A stretch of 23,118 bases of DNA from an uncultured bacterium (GTDB lineage Bacteria; Krumholzibacteriota; Krumholzibacteriia; Krumholzibacteriales; Krumholzibacteriaceae): the NCBI GenBank assembly GCA_965371515.1, contig CBDUYR010000043.1, positions 1-23,118 of the forward strand, written 5' to 3'. Every line of letters begins with the position of its first letter. The first letter of the stretch is position 1. Positions 17,963 to 23,118 of this stretch are shown in pieces. The notes under the pieces are model-generated. The model saw only the letters and a list, made by a program, of their open reading frames with translations, was not told where the DNA came from and did no database searches. The position numbers and the translations under genes were made by a program.

Positions 17963-18958
17963 ATGGAATGCGCCATCATCACTACCTACAGGTGTAACGC
18001 CAGGTGCCGCATGTGCAACGCCTGGCAGAATCCCTCTAAGGCTTCGGAGGAGTTCGATCCCGAGATCCTCAGAAAGATCCCCGGGGGGATGCAGCGCCTC
18101 AACATCACCGGCGGCGAGCCGATGCTCCGCGGCGATATACGCCGCATCGTCGAGATTCTCGATACGAAGACGAACCGTCTCGAGATAAGCACCAACGGCT
18201 GGTTCACAGACCGCATCGTGGACATCGCCCGTGAATTCCCGAAGATCACCGTCAGAGCCAGCATCGAGGGCCTGCCTGCGCTGAACGACGAACTGCGCGG
18301 ACTCGAGAACGGATTCGACCGCGCAATGAGGACGATCCTTCGCCTCAAGCGGATGGGCGTGAAAGACATAGGCTTTGCCATGACTATCTCCGGCGAGAAC
18401 TGCCTCGATCTCATAGACCTTTACACCCTCGTGGCGGCGATGGACGTCGAGTTCGCCAACGCCGTTGTTCACAACTCGTTCTACTTCTTCAAACAGGACA
18501 ACAGTCTCGAGGAGCACGGCGATGTCGAGGAAAAGATGAAGGAGTTCATCACGGCCCTGCTGAGGTCGCCGCGGGAATCGAAGAAGATGCGGGTCAAGGA
18601 CTGGTTCCGCGCCTATCTCAATCTGGGGCTGCTGCACCACGTGCAGGGCAAGCCACGCCCGATAGCGTGCAACGCCGGCACCGACACGTTTTTTGTCGAT
18701 CCGTGGGGGAAAGTCCTCGCCTGCAACGGCTCGCTGGAGCCCTGGGTAATGGGCGACCTCAACACGCAGTCGTTCGACGAGATCTGGAACGGTGAGCGGG
18801 CCGAAGAGGTCCGCAGGCTGGTAAGGGAATGCACGCAGCACTGCTGGATGACCGGCACGGCTGTGCCGGCTATGCGCAGGGAGTTGTGGAAGCCGATACT
18901 CTGGGTCATTCGCAACAGATTGCGCCTCATGAGAGGCGGCGAAGTCTGTTTTGACTGA
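17963..18958 (+). CDS. Radical SAM protein with C-terminal SPASM/Twitch-type domain
   Basis: SD GAGGAGG; CNARCRMC (CxxxCxxC), ITGGEP, ISTNG; C-terminal C-x17-C-x35-C-x3-C with DPWGKVLAC and GDL...SFDEIWN. Confidence 0.92.
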   Translation: MECAIITTYRCNARCRMCNAWQNPSKASEEFDPEILRKIPGGMQRLNITGGEPMLRGDIRRIVEILDTKTNRLEISTNGWFTDRIVDIAREFPKITVRASIEGLPALNDELRGLENGFDRAMRTILRLKRMGVKDIGFAMTISGENCLDLIDLYTLVAAMDVEFANAVVHNSFYFFKQDNSLEEHGDVEEKMKEFITALLRSPRESKKMRVKDWFRAYLNLGLLHHVQGKPRPIACNAGTDTFFVDPWGKVLACNGSLEPWVMGDLNTQSFDEIWNGERAEEVRRLVRECTQHCWMTGTAVPAMRRELWKPILWVIRNRLRLMRGGEVCFD

Positions 18959-18976
18959 TCCGACCGGAGCCTGCCG

Positions 18977-20077
18977 ATGAAGATCGCGATCCTCGGAATA
19001 AAAGGAGTGCCCGGCCACCACGGCGTGGAGGTCGTCGTCGATTCCCTCCTTCCCCACCTGACAGCGATGGGACACGAGATCACAGTATATGGTTACGCCA
19101 GCTACTGCGAGCCCTCCGACGACTACCACGGCGCCGTCGTGGTGCCGGTGAAGGGGAACAGGCAGAAGAACATCGAGATGTTCTCCCACATGTGGCATTC
19201 CTCGATCGATACACGCAGGCACGACTACGACATCGTACACATACACAGCGCCGACCCGTGCATACTCGCCTGGGTCCCCCGCGCGCGGTACGGGATCGTG
19301 GCCACCTCCCACGGCCAGGCGTACATCCGGAAGAAATGGAACGCCGCGGCGAGATCGATGTCAAAGCTCGCCGAGCGTATCTTCATCCGTGTCCCCCGGA
19401 TCAAGACATCAGTCTCGAAACCGCTAGCCGATTATTACAATTCAAAATTCGGGGCGGGCGTAAGGTACATCCCCAACGGGATCATCTTCCGCGAAAAGCC
19501 GCCCGTGCACCTGCTCGAGAAATGGTCTCTGAGGGAAGGGAATTACCTCTTCTGCTCGGCCGGCAGGATCGAGAGGACAAAGGGCCTGACCACCCTCGTG
19601 GAGGCATACCGGAAACTGGATCCGGGGATGCCTCTCATCGTGGCGGGCGGTGGCTCCGCGACCGACGAGGCCTATTTCGAGGAGCTCAAGCGAAACAGCC
19701 CGGAGGGTGTACGGTTCGTCGGGTTCCTTACGGGCGACGAGTTCTTCGCCCTCTACGCCCATGCGAAGATCTTCGTCTTTCCATCGGAGTACGAGGCGAT
19801 GTCGATTGCCTTGCTCGAGGGCCTCTCGTTCGGTACGCCTACCGTATTCAGCGACATACCGGAGAACAGGGCGGTTGCAGACGGTATAGGATTTGCATTC
19901 CAGGTCTCCGACGCGGATTCGCTCGTGAAGCAGCTCGATTTCGTGCTCGGCCACCCCGACGAGGCGGCCCGGGCGGGGGAGAGAGCGGCGGCGCACGTAC
20001 GGGTCGAGCACAGCTGGGAAGCCGTTGCGCGGATGTACGACGCGGTCTATAATGAGATGGCTGGCAGGAACGGATGA
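18977..20077 (+). CDS. Glycosyltransferase family 4 (GT-B)
   Basis: MKIAILGIKGVP...GVE, IVHIH, YIPNGI, AGRIERTKG, and the E-x7-E motif PSEYEAMSIALLEG. Confidence 0.92.
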   Translation: MKIAILGIKGVPGHHGVEVVVDSLLPHLTAMGHEITVYGYASYCEPSDDYHGAVVVPVKGNRQKNIEMFSHMWHSSIDTRRHDYDIVHIHSADPCILAWVPRARYGIVATSHGQAYIRKKWNAAARSMSKLAERIFIRVPRIKTSVSKPLADYYNSKFGAGVRYIPNGIIFREKPPVHLLEKWSLREGNYLFCSAGRIERTKGLTTLVEAYRKLDPGMPLIVAGGGSATDEAYFEELKRNSPEGVRFVGFLTGDEFFALYAHAKIFVFPSEYEAMSIALLEGLSFGTPTVFSDIPENRAVADGIGFAFQVSDADSLVKQLDFVLGHPDEAARAGERAAAHVRVEHSWEAVARMYDAVYNEMAGRNG

Positions 20078-20084
20078 GCGGGTG

Positions 20085-20939
20085 ATGATAGAAAGACTTG
20101 CAGAGATATACGCCGAGTTCAAGAAACAGGGGGTCGAAGACCCTCTCCTCGAGACGCTCCGCTTCGCCGACCTCGTATCGGGCGGGGCCCTGAGAAGGGC
20201 CGACCTCTCCATCCTCGGCGGGGAACCCGACCTGGCCGATATCGTGAGGCAGAGGGCCGAGGGGAGGCCGCTCGAATATATCCTGGGAGTGGCTCCGTTC
20301 CTCGGGGAGATGCTCGAATGCCGTCAGGGCGCGCTTATCCCCCGTGAGGAAACCGAGCTATTGACCCTTACATGCCTCGGATTCATCGAGCAGCAACAGG
20401 TGGCCGGCGTACAGGCGCCGAAGATCATCGAGCTCGGCACGGGCAGCGGCAACATCGCCGTCCTTCTCGCGCTGAGAATCGAAAACGCGGAGATCTACGC
20501 CTCGGACATCAGCGAGGAAGCGGTCGGAGTGGCGGCCGCCAATGTCGAGAGATGCGGGGTTACAAGCAGGGTGACCCTTCTGAGCGGCGACATGTTCGAG
20601 CCGTTCAAGGAAAAGGGACTCGAGGGGACGACCGACCTCGTTGTCTGCAACCCGCCGTACATCCCCTCCACGTCGGTCGACAAGCTCGACACGCAGATCA
20701 TCGATCATGAGCCGAGGGTGGCCCTCGACGCGGGCGCGTACGGGATGGACATCTTCAGGCGGTTGATTACGGGGGCTCCCGAGTTCCTCAGGCCGGGCGG
20801 GATGCTGGCCTTCGAGATCGGTGCGGGACAGGAGAAGATGGTATCGAGGTTCTTCAGGAAGGCTGGAGATACGTACGGCCCTGTCGAGCAGATAGACGAC
20901 GGCGCCGAGATACGGGTACTCACCGCCATCCGCACATGA
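20085..20939 (+). CDS. HemK/PrmC-family SAM-dependent N-methyltransferase
   Basis: GTG 20082 or ATG 20085; GRPLEYILG, ALIPREETELL, ELGTGSGNIA, ASDIS, VCNPPYI, HEPRVALD, LAFEIG. Orthology to housekeeping prmC is uncertain because no prfA is adjacent. Confidence 0.85.
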   Translation: MIERLAEIYAEFKKQGVEDPLLETLRFADLVSGGALRRADLSILGGEPDLADIVRQRAEGRPLEYILGVAPFLGEMLECRQGALIPREETELLTLTCLGFIEQQQVAGVQAPKIIELGTGSGNIAVLLALRIENAEIYASDISEEAVGVAAANVERCGVTSRVTLLSGDMFEPFKEKGLEGTTDLVVCNPPYIPSTSVDKLDTQIIDHEPRVALDAGAYGMDIFRRLITGAPEFLRPGGMLAFEIGAGQEKMVSRFFRKAGDTYGPVEQIDDGAEIRVLTAIRT

Positions 20940-20952
20940 GGAAGATTTTTCC

Positions 20953-21546
20953 CTAGAACTTGATGATCCCGTAGTCGACGCGGGCCTGCCAGAACTTGAA
21001 CACGGTTCCGCCGCTGGGTATCGTGAACGCGTGGTACTCGAACTCGAAGCTCACTCCCGTGGTGAGAAGGAACCAGTAATCGAAGCCGATACCGATCGAG
21101 CCTCCGGGACGTTTCTCGCTGCCGCTTATCCCGCCGACCGAGTTTCCTCCGAGATCTGAGATCGTGCTGTAGACTCCGGCGCCCGCCGCGATGTTGAACT
21201 GCATCATCGGGCTGATCGTGAAGTAGTATCTGGCCTTGATCAGGACGGGGATGATGCTGAGACTCTCGGTGAAGTCGCCGCCGGACGTGGCCGTGTACTT
21301 GTATTTGTGCACGATGTCGTAACCGGCAGCGACTCCAAGGCAGAGCTCGTTGGTCATCATCTTGCCGGCGAACATGTCGATGCCAAAGAATCCGTTCTGG
21401 GCGTCTTCGGCCAGCGCCTTGTTGTACGAACCGCCGATGTATATGACCGCTTTGCCGCTGTTCGCCTGACCGAGGACCGGCACGGCAAAGAGCATTACGG
21501 CCAGAGACAGTAACAGCGCGCGAGAGACCAATTTCCTCGATTTCAA
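20953..21546 (-). CDS. Outer-membrane beta-barrel protein (OmpA-transmembrane-like)
   Basis: TTG start after SD GGAGG; signal peptide; amphipathic Gly/aromatic strands (IPVLIKARYYF, IAAGAGVY, IGIGFDYW, FEFEYH); C-terminal Phe. Confidence 0.8.
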   Translation of the reverse strand: MKSRKLVSRALLLSLAVMLFAVPVLGQANSGKAVIYIGGSYNKALAEDAQNGFFGIDMFAGKMMTNELCLGVAAGYDIVHKYKYTATSGGDFTESLSIIPVLIKARYYFTISPMMQFNIAAGAGVYSTISDLGGNSVGGISGSEKRPGGSIGIGFDYWFLLTTGVSFEFEYHAFTIPSGGTVFKFWQARVDYGIIKF

Positions 21547-21590
21547 CTCAATCCTCCGATCAGAGCGGTAAACACTGGTGGTATAAGATT

Positions 21591-21619
21591 TTTATAATAA
21601 AAGGATGCCCTCCAGTCAA
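21591..21619 (-). promoter_or_regulatory. sigma70-type promoter for the beta-barrel gene
   Basis: Minus strand TTGACT (21619-21614) N17 TATAAA (21596-21591). Confidence 0.65.
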
Positions 21620-21664
21620 GCGGTTTTACCTCGCCGGGCCGAGGTGCTCCGTGGTGCATTTTCT

Positions 21665-21693
21665 TTGAAATCAAGGTACTATTGGGTTACATT
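21665..21693 (+). promoter_or_regulatory. sigma70-type promoter for the second GT4 gene
   Basis: TTGAAA (21665-21670) N17 TACATT (21688-21693). Confidence 0.55.
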
Positions 21694-21751
21694 CGGAGTC
21701 CGGGCGGCTGCCCGGCCGCCCGGAAACTCGACCGAACGAGGAGGAGTTCCC

Positions 21752-22990
21752 TTGAGAGTCCTGATGGTCCAGACGTTTCATTATCGACGAGGCGGGGATT
21801 CGACCCACATGCTCAACCTCAGCGAACTTCTCGCGGAGAACGGCCATGAGGTCGTCCACTTCGCGATGAAACATCCGCGGAACGTCCCCTCGCCCCATTC
21901 CGGGTACTTCTCGAGCGAGATCGATTTCCCCTCACTACTCGAGAGCGGTTCGCCCGCTTCGGCGTGTAAGGTCCTCACGAAGTCTATATACAACGGCGAG
22001 GCGAGGAAGAATATCGCCCGCCTGGCCGACGACACGAAACCCGACATCGCCCATTTCCACAATATCCACGGGCACCTGACGACGTCGATAATCGAGCCGC
22101 TGAGAAAGCGCGGGATTCCGATTGTCTGGACCTGCCACGATTACAGGCTTGTCTGCCCCAACACCTCATTTCTCAGCCGGGGCGAGGTGTGCGAGAGGTG
22201 CCTTCCGACGAGGTACTGGAACGCTCCCCTGCAGAGATGCAAGAAGGGGAGTCTCCCGGCGAGCTTCGTCGCGATGCTCACTTCGTGCTGGGACCGCATG
22301 ACGGGCGTACCTCGGCGCGTCGACAGATTCATAACGCCGAGCCGCTTCCTGCGGGGGAAGATGATCGAGGGACGGATAGACGGCGATAAAGTCATCGCGA
22401 TGCCGAACTTTACCGACCTCGACATACGGCCGCACGCCGGAGAGGGAGATTATTTCATATATACCGGCCGCCTCAGTCACGAGAAGGGGATCGATATATT
22501 GATCAGGGCCGCCGGCTCCATCGAAGGGGCCAGGCTGCTTCTCGTCGGCGAGGGGCCCGTAGAGGAAGAGTTGAAGGGAGAGGCGGAGAAGTACGGGAAC
22601 GGCCGGATCGAGTTCACCGGTTTCCTCAGCGGCGAGGATTTCGAGAGGACCGTCGCCGGGGCCCGCTTCATCGTCCTGCCGTCGCGCTGGTACGAGAACC
22701 TCCCCTTCTCGATCATGGAGGCGATGGCGGCGGGCAAACCGGTCGTAGCCACAGACATCGGCGGTATCCCGGAGATGGTCGACGACGGCGAGACGGGTCT
22801 GCTCTTTCCCATCGGGGACGAGGAAGCGCTGCGCGGCTGCCTCGCCCGCATGAACTCAAATCCTGAGCTGAGGCGCGAGATGGGGAGGCGCGGCAGGGAA
22901 AAGGCCGAACGGCTCTACGGCAGGGACAGGCATTACGAAAGTATCATGGAAGTCTACAACGCGGTTCTTGCTGCGCGGTGCGGAAAATAA
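21752..22990 (+). CDS. Glycosyltransferase family 4 with Cys-rich insert
   Basis: TTG 21752 after SD GAGGAGGAG; LRVLMV..FHYRRGG, PDIAHFHN, WTCHDY.LVCP, YTGRLSHEKG, and E-x7-E in PSRWYENLPFSIMEA, GGIPEMV. Confidence 0.93.
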   Translation: MRVLMVQTFHYRRGGDSTHMLNLSELLAENGHEVVHFAMKHPRNVPSPHSGYFSSEIDFPSLLESGSPASACKVLTKSIYNGEARKNIARLADDTKPDIAHFHNIHGHLTTSIIEPLRKRGIPIVWTCHDYRLVCPNTSFLSRGEVCERCLPTRYWNAPLQRCKKGSLPASFVAMLTSCWDRMTGVPRRVDRFITPSRFLRGKMIEGRIDGDKVIAMPNFTDLDIRPHAGEGDYFIYTGRLSHEKGIDILIRAAGSIEGARLLLVGEGPVEEELKGEAEKYGNGRIEFTGFLSGEDFERTVAGARFIVLPSRWYENLPFSIMEAMAAGKPVVATDIGGIPEMVDDGETGLLFPIGDEEALRGCLARMNSNPELRREMGRRGREKAERLYGRDRHYESIMEVYNAVLAARCGK

Positions 22991-23037
22991 CTGTCGGGGT
23001 TTACCCGCATGCATTATATAGATATCTCTATCAGGGT

Positions 23038-23115
23038 CGGGGTGTGGCGCAGCCCGGTTAGCGCGCCTGCTTTGGGAGCAGGAAGTCGCTGGTTCGAATC
23101 CAGTCACCCCGACCA
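23038..23115 (+). tRNA. tRNA-Pro (anticodon TGG), CCA encoded
   Basis: Acceptor CGGGGTG/CACCCCG plus ACCA; anticodon arm CCTGC-TTTGGGA-GCAGG; T loop GGTTCGAATCC. Confidence 0.97.
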
Positions 23116-23118
23116 TCT

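Noticed and set aside
4872..18958. PQQ/RiPP-like pathway from M16 pair plus radical SAM/SPASM plus ABC exporter
   Set aside because: M16 genes are over 10 kb away across housekeeping genes; no precursor peptide ORF or RRE/PqqD domain; the radical SAM context is glycosyltransferases.
6207..18979. Stop-codon read-through or recoding (Sec/Pyl) at in-frame junctions: M16a-M16b, lpoB-COG3014, GerMN-murI, permease-radical SAM, radical SAM-GT4
   Set aside because: About one third of junctions are in frame by chance. Several downstream genes have their own SD or signal peptide, and conserved genes (smpB, rph, murI) end at normal length on TAG or TGA.
16658..19312. 884-aa antisense ORF spanning three genes
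   Set aside because: Permease, radical SAM and GT4 share one reading frame, so their antisense shadow frame stays open; no domain features.
22993..23043. GTCGGGGT repeated upstream of and at the tRNA-Pro 5' end as an att scar
   Set aside because: Only 8 bp, matches the 5' rather than the 3' end, no integrase, and no convincing partner after rdgB.
1..23118. CRISPR arrays, IS elements, prophage or defence genes
   Set aside because: No spaced repeats, transposase, integrase or phage-like ORFs; the window is almost fully tiled by assignable genes.

Overview
High-GC chromosomal segment from a diderm, probably anaerobic bacterium (it encodes lipoproteins, an outer-membrane beta-barrel and Fe-S radical enzymes); the lineage cannot be fixed from the sequence alone. 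Left to right: the 5' end of a Hanks-type Ser/Thr kinase (minus strand, truncated); an overlapping two-gene 2-hydroxyacyl-CoA dehydratase activator/dehydratase-like system; a secreted heterodimeric M16B peptidase pair; tRNA-Leu(CAG) followed by an OsmC-family gene; an LpoB-like plus COG3014-like lipoprotein pair; a small membrane TPR protein; the housekeeping run smpB-amidase-GerMN-murI-rph-rdgB; a NatA/NatB-like ABC-2 transporter; a radical SAM(Twitch-type)-GT4-PrmC-like methyltransferase trio, a beta-barrel protein and a second, Cys-rich GT4; and tRNA-Pro(TGG). No mobile element or CRISPR array is seen. The best candidate for an uncharacterised system is the radical SAM + two GT4 + NPPY methyltransferase module, which lacks the usual polysaccharide-locus genes in this window. 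Second is the dehydratase-activator gene pair overlapping by 109 nt with an embedded Shine-Dalgarno.
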